The notes below the pieces were generated by a model that was not told where the DNA came from, searched no databases, and saw only the letters and a list, made by a program, of their open reading frames with translations. 64,000 nt of DNA from Polyangiales bacterium (lineage in GTDB: Bacteria > Myxococcota_A > Polyangia > Polyangiales > Ga0077539), in the NCBI GenBank assembly GCA_044229975.1, contig JBGARZ010000001.1, positions 864,001 to 928,000 of the forward strand. The letters are read 5' to 3'. Positions 1 to 12,000 of this stretch are shown here, one piece after another (position 1 is the first letter of the stretch; every line of letters begins with the position of its first letter). The position numbers and the translations under genes are program-made.

Positions 1-541
1 GCTCGCGGCCGAGGGAGTCGAGCATCGCGCGCACGAAGCCCACGTCGTCGTCGTTGCGGGTGCGGGCGGTGCCGCAGCAGTTGCCGGCGTTCCAACTGGA
101 GTCGCGGCCGCGCGGGTGGACGGCGACGAAGCCGCGCGCGTCGGACGCTTCGTTCATGTTCGACCAGTCGGCCTGCTGAACCTCGTTGCTGAGGTAACCG
201 TGGAAGTTGAGCACCACCATCGCGGGCCGCGTCGGGTCGTAGCTCCGCGGGATGTGCACGCGGTACACGCGCTCGACGCCGCCGACCGTGATGCGGCGCT
301 CGGTGTCCCCCGCCGTGACCGCGCGCGGCGGGCACGCGCCTGCATCTTCCACCGTCGCCACGTCCTCGACCACCGGGACGTCCTCGATCGTCGGAACATC
401 CACCGCCGCAACCACGTCAGGCCGCGCCGAGGTGTCCACCACGGGCACGTCCCTCGGCACCACCGCGGCGGGTTCGGTGCCACCGCACCCCGCGCCCAGG
501 AGCGTCGCCAGGGTCATTCCTGCGAGCGTGATTCGCGTCAT
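1..541 (-). CDS. Lipoprotein esterase, LpqC/PHB-depolymerase-like alpha/beta hydrolase (3' end runs off the window)
   Basis: Not in the ORF track; translated by hand from the ATG at 541: MTRITLAGMTLATLLGAGC (lipobox), an Asp-periodic linker, then VLNFHG...GFVAVHPRG..SWNAGNCCG...DDVGFVRAML, typical of this esterase family. Confidence 0.8.
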   Translation of the reverse strand, partial: MTRITLAGMTLATLLGAGCGGTEPAAVVPRDVPVVDTSARPDVVAAVDVPTIEDVPVVEDVATVEDAGACPPRAVTAGDTERRITVGGVERVYRVHIPRSYDPTRPAMVVLNFHGYLSNEVQQADWSNMNEASDARGFVAVHPRGRDSSWNAGNCCGTARTRNDDDVGFVRAMLDSLGRE

Positions 542-683
542 GGTGTCCGGTGCCTTCGTCGACGATCGGGGGCGCGAGACTACTGCATCGCAACCCCTGC
601 GAGGGGAAGGGCTCCGCGGCGACCAGACGTGCTAGCAACGCCCGCATGACGGCCCCCGCGACCTGGCACCACGGGTTGAGCGC

Positions 684-1742
684 GTGATCGCGACGACGAC
701 GCCCGAGGCGCGACTCCGAGCGCTCTCGATGCTCAGGCGTCATGGCTTCAACGCGACGTCGTTTCAGGTGTTGGAGGAGGGCTTCCAGTATTGGTTCGAT
801 GGCGACGAGGCGTGCGTGGCCTTCGCCGACACCGGGTCGGCCTGGGTCGTCGCCGGCGCCCCCATCGCCGCCACCGAACGCCTCGGCGAGGTCGCCCGGC
901 GCTTCCAGCACGCCGCGCGCGAGGCCGGCCGGCGCGTCTGCTACTTCGCGGTCGAGCAGCGCATGGTCTCGGTCAACGTCGGCCCGTCCGTCGCGATCGG
1001 CGCGCAACCCGTCTGGGACCCTTCGCAGTGGAAGGCCACGCTCGCCGGTGCGCCGAGCCTGAGGGAGCAGATCCGCCGCGCCCGCGCCAAGGGCGTGACG
1101 GTCCGCGAGGCGACGCCCGCCGAGATCACCGAGCCCACGTCCGAGGCACGACGCGCCATCGACGCCCTCATCGTCCGCTGGCTCGCCGTGAAGCCGATGG
1201 CCCCGATGGGCTTCCTCGTGGACGTGCAGCCCTTCTCCTTCGCCGAGGAGCGGCGGTACTTCCTCGCCGAGCGCGCCGGGCGCGTGGTGGGCTTCCTCGC
1301 GGCGGTGCCGGTGTACGCCCGCGGCGGGTGGTTCTTCGAAGACCTGCTGCGTGACGCGAGCGCCCCCAACGGCACCACCGAGCTGCTCGTCGACGCCGCC
1401 ATGCGCGACGCGTCCATCGGCGCGAGCACCTACGTCACCCTGGGCCTCGCCCCCCTCGGCGGAACCGTCTCCCCCCTCCTCCACACCGTCGGCCGCCTCA
1501 CCCGCAGCCTCTACGACTTCGGCGGCCTCTACCGCTTCAAGGCCCGCCTCCGCCCGCAGCGCTGGGACCCCATCCACGTCGTGTGCGCGCCCGGAACCTC
1601 CGCGCCCGCCGCCCTCTACGACAGCCTCACGGCCTTCGCGCGCGGCAGCCTCGTCCGGTACGGCCTCCGGACGCTGCTGCGGCGCGCTCGCTCACTCCGT
1701 CCCTCGCGGGCGCCTCAGTTGCCCGGCGCCAACCACACGTAG
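684..1742 (+). CDS. Stand-alone DUF2156 / phosphatidylglycerol lysyltransferase C-terminal-like (aminoacyl-tRNA-dependent transferase) domain protein
   Basis: VVAGAPIA, LREQIRRARAKGV, APMGFL, DLLRDASAPNGTTELL, LGLAPL, LYDFGGLYRFKARLRPQRW match the MprF C-terminal domain; no membrane domain. Confidence 0.8.
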   Translation: MIATTTPEARLRALSMLRRHGFNATSFQVLEEGFQYWFDGDEACVAFADTGSAWVVAGAPIAATERLGEVARRFQHAAREAGRRVCYFAVEQRMVSVNVGPSVAIGAQPVWDPSQWKATLAGAPSLREQIRRARAKGVTVREATPAEITEPTSEARRAIDALIVRWLAVKPMAPMGFLVDVQPFSFAEERRYFLAERAGRVVGFLAAVPVYARGGWFFEDLLRDASAPNGTTELLVDAAMRDASIGASTYVTLGLAPLGGTVSPLLHTVGRLTRSLYDFGGLYRFKARLRPQRWDPIHVVCAPGTSAPAALYDSLTAFARGSLVRYGLRTLLRRARSLRPSRAPQLPGANHT

Positions 1743-4441
1743 CCCGAGATTCCCTCGCTCGTGTACCCTTGGGTGACGAGGGCGATGTCCCGCTCGGAGT
1801 CGCTCGTCGTGTAGAAGTGATCGCCGTTGGCGAGGCGGTAGATGCGGTGCAACGCCGTCGATCCGCAGCGGGGGGTCGGCGCGATGTAGCCCATGGTGCC
1901 TTCGAGCACGGCGCCCGACGCGCTCTCGCAGACCGAGCTCGTCGTGTAGAAGTGCTTGCCCGACCACCGGCACCGGTAGAACGGCAAGAGCCCACCCACG
2001 TCGCTCGCGTAGAGGTAGTACGCGGGGTCTCCCTCGGTGACCCACTGCGAGCCGCCCACCTCACCGCGGCTCACCGTGTAGAAGTGCTCGCCCGTGCTGA
2101 TGTTGCGGTAGCGGTACACGGGAGTACGGCAGCCCGGCGTCTCGTCGCAGGCGCCGTTGCAGTTGTCGTCCGCGAGGTTGCACGCCTCGGCCGGCATGCG
2201 TCCGCAGGCGCCGCAGTTGGCCGCCGTCGCGAGGCTGGCCTCGCAGCCGTTGGCCGGGTTGCCGTCGCAGTTGTCGAAGCCGCCCGCGCACGCCGTCACG
2301 GTGCACGACCCGCCCGCGCACCCGACGCCCGAGGCGTTGGGCAGCGCGCACGCCCGGCCGCACGCGCCGCACGAGGTGGGCGTGGTGTTGAGGTTGACCT
2401 CGCACCCGTCCGACGCCGCCGCGTTGCAGTTGCCGAAGCCGCCGTTGCACGAGGCGACGAGGCACGCGCCCGACGCACAGGCCGCCGTCGCGTTGGCGAG
2501 CGCGCAGCGGGCCCCGCAGGCGCCGCAGTGGTTGCTGTCGCTCGCGAGGTTGACCTCGCAGCCGTTGCCCGCCGCGCCGTCGCAGTCCGAGAAGCCGCCG
2601 GTGCAGGCCGCGACGGTGCAGCTCCCGGCGAGGCACGCGCCCGCGGCGTTGGCCGGCGCGCAGCGGGCGTTGCAGGCGCCGCAGTGGTTGTTGTCGGCGC
2701 GGAGGTTGACCTCGCAGCCGTTGGCCGGGTTGCCGTCGCAGTCCGCGAAGCCGTCGTTGCAGCGCGCCACCGTGCACCGCCCGCCCGCGCAGCCTGCCGT
2801 GGCGTTGGCGAGGCTGCACGCGGCCCCGCACGAGCCGCAGTTGTTGACGTCGGTGTTGGTGTTGGTCTCGCAGCTGTTGCCCGCGCGGTCGCAGTCGGCG
2901 AGGCCCGCCGAGCACATCGTCAGGCCGCACATCCCCGCCGAGCAGGCCGCGGTGCCGCCCATGGCGGTGCACATGATGCGGCAGGTTCCGCAGTTGGCGA
3001 CGTCGCCGTTGAGGTTGATCTCGCAGCCGTTGGAGGGGTCACCGTCGCAGTCCGCGAAGCCCGTGTTGCAGGTGCCGATGGCGCAGCGGCCGCCCGCCAT
3101 GCACACGCCGGTGGCGTTGGACGGTGAGCAGACCCGCCCGCACGCGCCGCAGTTGGTCTGGCTCGTGCGGGTGTCGACCTCGCACCCATTGGCGTCGACG
3201 CCGTCGCAGTCCTGGAAGCCCATGAGGCACGACGTGAAGCACTCGCCGCCGAAGCACCCGGGGAAGGCGTTGGGACGTCCCCCGCACGCGGCGCCGCATC
3301 GGCCGCAGTGCGACACGCTCGACCGCAGCTCGACCTCGCAGCCGTTGGTCGCGTTGCTGTCGCAGTCGCCGAAGCCCACGGCGCACGCCGCCACGGCGCA
3401 CGCGCGCTCGACGCAGGCCGACGTGGCGTTGGGCAGGTTGCACGTCGTCGGGCACGCGCCGCAGTGCGCCGGGTCGCTGCGCAGGTCGACCTCGCAGCCG
3501 TTGTCGGGGTTGCCGTCGCAGTCGCCGAAGCCCTCCGCGCACGAGTACGCGCAGCGCCCCGCGTCGCAGCGCCCCACGGCGTTGGGCCGGGCGACGCAGG
3601 CCATCCCGCACGCGCCGCAGTGGTTGACGTCCATGAGGGTGTTGACCTCGCAGCCGTTGGCAGGCGCGCGGTCGCAGTCGGCGAAGGGCGAGATGCAGGT
3701 GCCGACGGTGCACATGCCGTTCTGGCAGGCGGCGGTGGCGTTGGGAACGGAGCAACGCGTGCCGCAGCCGCCGCAGCTCGCGACGTTGGACACGGTGTCG
3801 ACGCAGGCGCCGGTGCAGCAGGTGTTGATGCCCGGGCAGGGCCGCGCGTCGGTGCATCCCATCACGCAGACGTTGCCCACGCAGAGCATCCCCGACGGGC
3901 AGTGCTCGTCCCGCACGCACTGCACGCAGGCCCGCGTGTCGACGTTGCAGCGACCCGCCGTCGGCAGCGCACCCGCGTCGACCCCTCCGTCCCCGCCACC
4001 CGTGGTGCCGCACGCCTCGTCGTTGCGGCAGCCCGGCACGCACGTCGTGCCGCTGCAGAACTGCCCCACCGGACAGGTGTCCGCGGTCGGGACACACGGC
4101 ACGCACAGGCCGCTCACGACGTCACACGACCCGCCGGCCGGGTTGCCCACGCAGTCGGCGTTGCTCATGCACCGCGTCGGAACATCGGGCTGCACATCGG
4201 GCGTCACATCGACCGCGACCTCGCTCGCGTCGGGCGCATCCATGCCGGGGACATCGGGCGCGTCCAGACCGGGGACGTCGGAGGCGTCCTTCGCGACATC
4301 TGCGATGGAGCCGAGGTCGTTGTCGCCAACGTCGCTCCCGGCGTCGGGGCCGCCCACCACGGACTGCCCGGTCGAGCACCCCGCGACCAGCCACGCGACC
4401 ATCACGACCGACCACCACGCCACGCCCGAGCGAGTCACCAT
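1715..4441 (-). CDS. Large Cys-rich repeat lipoprotein with a MopE-like motif and a C-terminal DUF5648-like (3x HFYT) domain
   Basis: Lipobox LVAGC; Asp-rich linker; 11 CGxC cores in ~52-aa repeats (DCDG..NGCEV.L..D..HCG.CG..C); EACNLADDNCNGACDE; three HFYT repeats at the C-terminus. Confidence 0.85.
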   Translation of the reverse strand: MVTRSGVAWWSVVMVAWLVAGCSTGQSVVGGPDAGSDVGDNDLGSIADVAKDASDVPGLDAPDVPGMDAPDASEVAVDVTPDVQPDVPTRCMSNADCVGNPAGGSCDVVSGLCVPCVPTADTCPVGQFCSGTTCVPGCRNDEACGTTGGGDGGVDAGALPTAGRCNVDTRACVQCVRDEHCPSGMLCVGNVCVMGCTDARPCPGINTCCTGACVDTVSNVASCGGCGTRCSVPNATAACQNGMCTVGTCISPFADCDRAPANGCEVNTLMDVNHCGACGMACVARPNAVGRCDAGRCAYSCAEGFGDCDGNPDNGCEVDLRSDPAHCGACPTTCNLPNATSACVERACAVAACAVGFGDCDSNATNGCEVELRSSVSHCGRCGAACGGRPNAFPGCFGGECFTSCLMGFQDCDGVDANGCEVDTRTSQTNCGACGRVCSPSNATGVCMAGGRCAIGTCNTGFADCDGDPSNGCEINLNGDVANCGTCRIMCTAMGGTAACSAGMCGLTMCSAGLADCDRAGNSCETNTNTDVNNCGSCGAACSLANATAGCAGGRCTVARCNDGFADCDGNPANGCEVNLRADNNHCGACNARCAPANAAGACLAGSCTVAACTGGFSDCDGAAGNGCEVNLASDSNHCGACGARCALANATAACASGACLVASCNGGFGNCNAAASDGCEVNLNTTPTSCGACGRACALPNASGVGCAGGSCTVTACAGGFDNCDGNPANGCEASLATAANCGACGRMPAEACNLADDNCNGACDETPGCRTPVYRYRNISTGEHFYTVSRGEVGGSQWVTEGDPAYYLYASDVGGLLPFYRCRWSGKHFYTTSSVCESASGAVLEGTMGYIAPTPRCGSTALHRIYRLANGDHFYTTSDSERDIALVTQGYTSEGISGYVWLAPGN
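2200..3800 (-). repeat. Intragenic degenerate tandem repeat, ~156-bp unit, about 10 copies (Cys-rich repeat array; boundaries approximate)
   Basis: Recurrent + strand core gttgacctcgcagccgttg...gtcgcagtc at ~155-160-bp spacing. Confidence 0.8.
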
Positions 4442-4508
4442 AGGCCGTCGAGGCTACCTCACCCGGCGTCGCGCGCGGCAGCGGGAAGGGCGCCGCGGGG
4501 GGTATGCG

Positions 4509-6659
4509 TCAGCCGACGGTGATGCCCTCGGCGGGCGTTCCCATCCCGAGGATGGGACTCATGGGACCGCGCACGGGGAGGCGCGCGGTAAACACTGCCC
4601 CGCGCTCGGCGCCAGATCGCAGGGCCACGGTGCCGCCGTGCTCCTCGATGATGCGCCGCACCACCGCGAGACCGAGCCCCGTCCCCGTCGCCTTCGACGT
4701 GAAGAAGGGCTCAAACACCCGCGTGGTGTCCACGCCCCCGAGGCCGACGCCGGAGTCCTCGACTTCGAGGTCGACCGCGGGCACCGAGCCCAGCATCGCC
4801 GCCCTCGCGCGCAGCGTCACCACGCCCCCGTGCGGAACCGCCTGGATGGCGTTGACCATCACGTTGATGAGCGCCTGTCGGAGCAGTCGGTGATCGGCCT
4901 CCAGCGCCGGCAGACCCAGGTCGAGCTCGCGCCGCACCTCGACGGAGGTGGGCGCGCTCCCGGCCACGGCCCCCGCCCACGCGTCGTCGAGCAGGCGATC
5001 GATGAGCAGCGCGCGGGGAGCGAGGCTCATGGGTCGCGCGAAGTCGAGCAGGTCGCCGACGATGCGGTTGAGCCGGTCGCTCTCCTCGCGGACGATGTCG
5101 AGCAGGAGCTTCGCATCGCCCTCGGGTCGCAGCAGACGATCGAGTGAACCGAGGGAGTTGAAGATCACCCCGAGCGGGTTGCGCACCTCGTGGGCCATCA
5201 CCGCCGAGAGCTCCCCGAGCGCGGCGAGCCGCTCGCGCTGCACCAGCCGCGACTGGGCCGCGGTCAACGCGTCGAGCCGCCGCCGCGCCTCTTCGTGGAG
5301 CTCGGCGTTTTCCAACCCCACCTGCACCACGCTGGCGACCGCGCGCGCGAGCGCCACCTCGTCGTCGCGCAGCCTCCGCCCGGGCCGGTCGCTCACCACC
5401 AGCGCGCCGCGCATGCCGCCCTGCCCCTCGAAGGGAATCAGCCACAGCACCCGCGGGCTCGTCTCGTCTCGCCAGAACGCCCCGGCGCGCAGGTCGGCAC
5501 GCGTGTCCCCGAGGGGCACCACGTCACCCTGCGTGAGCATCTCGCGCAGCCACTCGCACCCGACGAAGCGCACCCTCACCACGGGCGACGCCTCGGTGCC
5601 AGGCCACGCCGCCGTGCGACGCAGCGACTCGCCGCGACGCTCGACCCAGGCAGACACCTCGCGCGCGCCCATCATCGACGCCACGACCTCGCACGCCGCC
5701 CGCAGCAACGGAACCGTCCCTCCGCGCGCCTCGGCCAGCATCGAGCGCGCGAGGGTGCTCACGGCCTCCAGCTCACGCTCACGCCGCCGGGCTCGCGCGA
5801 GGTCGCGAGCGTTGTCGAGCGCCGCCGACACCTGCGCCGCGAGCAGCCGCGCCACCGGGACGTCGTCCTCACGCAGCCAGCGCCCGACGAGCAGCAGCAG
5901 CGCCGGCCCGCCCGGCCATCCATCGACCCGCGTGACCACCACGCGCAGCGACTCGATGAGCACCGTGTCGCCCTCCTCGGGTGCGCCCACCGCGACGCCC
6001 AGCAGGGCCGCGAGCTCACCGTAGCCGTCGTCACTGAAGGCCTCGCCCCAACCCCACGCCTCGTGGCACAGCGGCGTCCACGACGTGCGCTCGTCGACGA
6101 GCGTGCGACCGAGCGCTCGCTCCACCACCGAGCGGTGCGGCTCGTAGCCCTCGACGAAGCACTGGCGCAACCCGTCACCGTCGGGTTGTAGCAACATCGC
6201 CACGAGCTGCGAGCCCGCGGCGCCCACGCGGAGCCCCGCCTCGACCTCCGCCTCGGTGCGCAGCAGGTGCACCGAGACGCCGAGGTGGGCGAGGCTGAAG
6301 CGTCGTGCGCGCAGCTCGACCCGCTCGGTGACGTCGCGCACCAGCACGAGCACCTCGGGGCCGACGGAGCGAATCTGGAGTTCGACGTGCCGCCGTGTGC
6401 CGTCGGGGCGACGCACCACCACCTCGTACTCCGAGGGCGCGGCGTCACCGCGGAGGCGCCTCGCCACGCGATCACCCACCCGGTGGGTGTGCTCGGGCGC
6501 CACCAGCTCGGCCGCGCTCACGCCGATCATCGCCTCGACCGGGAGCCCCGTGATCTCCGCGAGGGCTGCGTTGGCGTACACCACCACGCCGTTGTGGTGG
6601 ACGATCACCCCGAGGGGCGAGGCGTCGAGCAGACGATGGTGCAGCGAGGGCGTCTCCAT
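4509..6659 (-). CDS. Cytoplasmic PAS/GAF sensor histidine kinase
   Basis: N-terminal PAS; GAF-like regions; H-box AHEVRNPL; N-box NVMVNAIQA; DSGVG; FEPFFTSK..GTGLGL. Confidence 0.9.
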   Translation of the reverse strand: METPSLHHRLLDASPLGVIVHHNGVVVYANAALAEITGLPVEAMIGVSAAELVAPEHTHRVGDRVARRLRGDAAPSEYEVVVRRPDGTRRHVELQIRSVGPEVLVLVRDVTERVELRARRFSLAHLGVSVHLLRTEAEVEAGLRVGAAGSQLVAMLLQPDGDGLRQCFVEGYEPHRSVVERALGRTLVDERTSWTPLCHEAWGWGEAFSDDGYGELAALLGVAVGAPEEGDTVLIESLRVVVTRVDGWPGGPALLLLVGRWLREDDVPVARLLAAQVSAALDNARDLARARRRERELEAVSTLARSMLAEARGGTVPLLRAACEVVASMMGAREVSAWVERRGESLRRTAAWPGTEASPVVRVRFVGCEWLREMLTQGDVVPLGDTRADLRAGAFWRDETSPRVLWLIPFEGQGGMRGALVVSDRPGRRLRDDEVALARAVASVVQVGLENAELHEEARRRLDALTAAQSRLVQRERLAALGELSAVMAHEVRNPLGVIFNSLGSLDRLLRPEGDAKLLLDIVREESDRLNRIVGDLLDFARPMSLAPRALLIDRLLDDAWAGAVAGSAPTSVEVRRELDLGLPALEADHRLLRQALINVMVNAIQAVPHGGVVTLRARAAMLGSVPAVDLEVEDSGVGLGGVDTTRVFEPFFTSKATGTGLGLAVVRRIIEEHGGTVALRSGAERGAVFTARLPVRGPMSPILGMGTPAEGITVG

Positions 6660-6800
6660 GCGGGGCAGTGCGGGGCGTGTAAGGGCGCTCGCGGTGCGTC
6701 GCCGTGGTAGCGCCGGAGACCCGTCTCGCTACGTGCGCGGACCATGCCGTAGGAGGGGGTTTTATTCAAGACAGAGCCTGTGTTAGAGGCCGCGCTTCCG

Positions 6801-7465
6801 ATGGCCGCGAGCTACTTCGATGTGGATGGGACGCTGGTTCGAACGAACCTCATCCACCCAACCCTCTTCTACCTCCTCAACCAGGCGACGCCGGGTCGTA
6901 CGCTGGCCCGCGTGGGCGGTGCGCTGCTCCGTGCGCCGCTGCTCGCGCTCGCCGAGATGCGCGACCGCCGCGCGTTCAACGAGGCGCTCTACATGCTCTT
7001 CCGGGGCATGACCGAAGACCGCCTCGTGGTGCTCGCCGACGAAGCCGTCGAGAAGGTGCTGCGACCCGCGGTGTACTCCGGCGCGCGCGACCTCATCCGG
7101 CGTTGCAAGGACCTCGGGCACGAGGTGGTGATCTGCTCCGGCGCGCTCGACTTCCTCATGCACCCGCTGGCCCGCGAGCTCGGCGCGGACACGGTCATCG
7201 CCAACCGCCTGGAGTTTCACGACCGCGTGGCGAGCGGTCGGATGATCCCGCCGGTGGTGGCGGGCCCGACCAAGGCGCTGCTCATCCGCGAGCACGCGCG
7301 CCGCAACGGCCACGACCTCGACGCCTCCTTCGCTTACAGTGACTCGTACTCCGACGTGCCGATGCTCTCGGTCGTCGGCAACCCCTCCGCCGTCAACCCC
7401 GACGCCGCCCTGGAGCGCCTCGCCCACGCGCACCGCTGGCCCGTCCTGCACCTGGATCGCACCCC

Positions 7466-7469
<4 letters not shown>
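6801..7469 (+). CDS. elbB: HAD-IB family hydrolase (ElbB-like)
   Basis: FDVDGTL motif I, CSGA motif II, YSDSYSDVPML motif IV, VNPD; first gene of an elb-like operon. Start may be 6780. Confidence 0.8.
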
Positions 7470-9066
<1,597 letters not shown>

Positions 9067-9070
<4 letters not shown>

Positions 9071-12000
9071 TCGCGAACGGGCACAGCCCGCTCGACGTCG
9101 CGAGGATCATCGACGGCGCGCGGATCATCGTGGTCGGGGGAACGGGCTTCCTCGGCAAGGTCTGGCTCTCGCTGCTGCTCTGCCAGTACCCCAACGTCGG
9201 CAAGATCTTCCTCGTGGTGCGCTCCAAGGGATCGCAGGACTCCGAGGCCCGCTTCTGGACCGACATCGCCCCGAGCGAGCCCTTCAAGCCGCTGCACGCG
9301 CGGCACCCCGGCGACGAGTTCGAAGCCTTCCTGCGCGACAAGATCCACGTCGTCGACGCGGACGTCTCCAAGCCCCTCTGCGGCTTCTCCAACGACCTCC
9401 GCAAGGAGATCGAAGGAACCATCGACGCCCTGGTCAACGTCGCGGGCGTGGTGGACTTCAACCCGCCGCTCGACGAGGCGCTGCTCACCAACGCCGCGGG
9501 CATGCAGAACCTCGTGGTGCTCGCCAAGGCGCTCGGCGACGTGCCGGTGCTCCACACCAGCACCACCTACGTCGCGGGCTATCGCAGCGGGCGCGTCGAG
9601 GAGGTCGATCCGCGCGACGATCCGTTCCCCTACTTCAAGGACATGCCCGACGCGCCGTGGGATCCGCACCGCGAGATCTCCGAGGGGCTGTCGCTCGCGG
9701 CGAGCGTGACGAAGCACGCCGACGACGCCAACCGCATCGCGCAGTACGAGCGCGACGCGAAGGCGAACCTCGAAGCGAAGAAGGAGCCCACGACGGGCGC
9801 GATCTTCGCGGCCGAGGTGAAGAAGGTTCGCGAGAAATGGCTGTCCGCCGAGGGCGAGCGCGTCGGCATGGAGCGCGCGAAGTTCTGGGGCTGGACCAAC
9901 ACGTACACGTACACGAAGAGCCTCGGTGAGCAGGTGCTCGCGGGCTCCGGGTTGCGCTTCACGCTCGTGCGCCCGGCGGTGATCGAGTCCTCCGTCTCCT
10001 TCCCCTCCCCGGGATGGAACGAGGGCATCAACACCATGGCCCCGATCATGTTCATGTTCATGGCGGGCCACATGCGGGTGCCCGCGCACTCGACCGCCGG
10101 TCTCGACGTGATCCCCGTCGACATGGTGTCGGGCGGCATGATCCTGGCGCTCGCGGCGCTGCTCGAGGACACGCACGCGCCGGTCTACCACCTCGGTTCG
10201 AGCCACAAGAACCCCGTCTCCATCCACCGCATCATCGAGCTGTCGGGGCTCTACAAGCGGAAGTTCTACCAGCGCACGGGCAAGGGAAACCCCTTCACCA
10301 ACTTCGTGCAGGCGCACTGGGAGCCCACGCCCGTCTCGAAGGAGATCTTCTTCAGCCAGGGCGCGCCCGCCATCGCCCGCGCCGCGAAGACGCTCTCGCA
10401 GCTCGCACGCAAGGCGGCCGTCGGTCCCGCGGCGATCTTGATGGCCCCGACATCGCGCGCGCTGAGTTCGTACAGCGACCTCGCGAAGCGCAATGGCGAG
10501 ATCTTCGGCCTCTTCGTCCCCTTCATGGCGGAGACCGACTACCAGTTCGTCACCGACGCGGCGGCCGGGCTGATGGCGCGCGCGACGGAGGCCGACCGCA
10601 TCGCGTGCAACTGGGCGCCGGAGTCCATCGACTGGCGGCACTACCTGATGGAGGTCCATTACCCGGGCCTCGACCGCTGGGTGATGCCGCTCATCGAAGA
10701 GCGCCTCAACCGCCCGACCAAGCCGCTGCGCGCGTACGTCTCGCTGCTCGATGTTCTGGACGAGGCAGCCGAGCAGCACGAGCACCGCCCGGCGCTGCTG
10801 CGACTCGAGTCCGAGGGGCTCGCGCGACTCTCCTTCACGACCTGGAAGCAGCGCTCCGACGCGACCGCCGCTCGGCTCGTCGCGATGGGCGTGAAGCCCG
10901 GTGACCGCGTGATGATCTGCGCGGGCAACCACCCGGCGTGGCCCATCGCGTACTTCGGCATCCTGCGCGCGGGCGCCGTGGCCGTGCCCGCCGACGCCGC
11001 GCTCGAAGTCTTCGCGCTGGAGAACGTCCTGCGTGCGTCGCGCTCCGTCGTCGTGATCTGCGACGCCAAGGTACGCGAACGCCTGTCGACCATCGAGGGC
11101 CTCACGGTCACCGCTGTCGACCTGCACGACGTCACCGCCGAGGACGAGTCGCTCGTCGCGCCGGAGCTGCCGCGCCCGACGGCCGACACGCTCGCGAGCG
11201 TGATCTACACCTCGGGCACCACCGGGACGCCGAAGGGCGTGATGCTCTCGCACGGCAACTTCTGCCGGATGATCGCGTCGCTCGCGCCGGTCTTCCCCCT
11301 CGGCGAGGGCGATCGGGTCCTGTCGGTCCTGCCGCTGCACCACACCTTCGAGTTCACGTGCGGGATGCTGCTGCCGCTCTCGCGCGGGGCGTCGATGGTC
11401 TACCTCGACGAACTCACCGGCGAGCGCGTTGTACAGGCGCTCCGTGATGCGAAGGTCTCCGCGATGGTGGGCGTCCCGGCGCTGTGGCAACTGCTGGAGC
11501 GGCGCATCACCCAACAGGTGAAGGACTACGGCCCCGCCGCCAACACCGTCTTCGACATGGCCCTCGCGCTCAACCGAACGCTCGGCGAGAAGGCAGGCAT
11601 CAACGTCGGCCAGGTGCTCTTCGGCACCGTCCACGCGCGATTGGGCGGGCGGCTGCGCTTCCTCATCTCGGGCGGCGCGGCGCTGCCCAAGGAGACCGCG
11701 GAGCTGTTTCGCGGCATCGGGTTGCCGCTCGCGGAGGGCTACGGGCTCACCGAGGCGTCTCCCGTGCTCACGGTCGCCAAGGCGAGCTCGTCGGCCAAGC
11801 CCGGCAGCGTCGGTGCGCCGGTGCCCGGCGTCGAGGTGAAGATCCTCAACCCCGACCCGTCGGGTGTGGGCGAGGTCGCGGCGCGCGGACCCAACGTGAT
11901 GGTCGGCTACGCGGATGACCCCGAGGCGACAGCCGCGGTGCTGTCGGCCGACGGCTGGCTCCGCACGGGCGACCTTGGGGCCATCGACAAGAAGGGTCGG

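Noticed and set aside
664..680. TGGCACCACGGGTTGA as a sigma54 promoter
   Set aside because: Spacing is off by one and the -12 GC is missing.
2157..5147. 996-aa + strand ORF, and many similar long ORFs (e.g. 8926-11634, 44687-47347, 34818-37091)
   Set aside because: Antisense or alternate-frame shadows of well-supported genes. They have no motifs and are expected when stop codons are rare at high GC.
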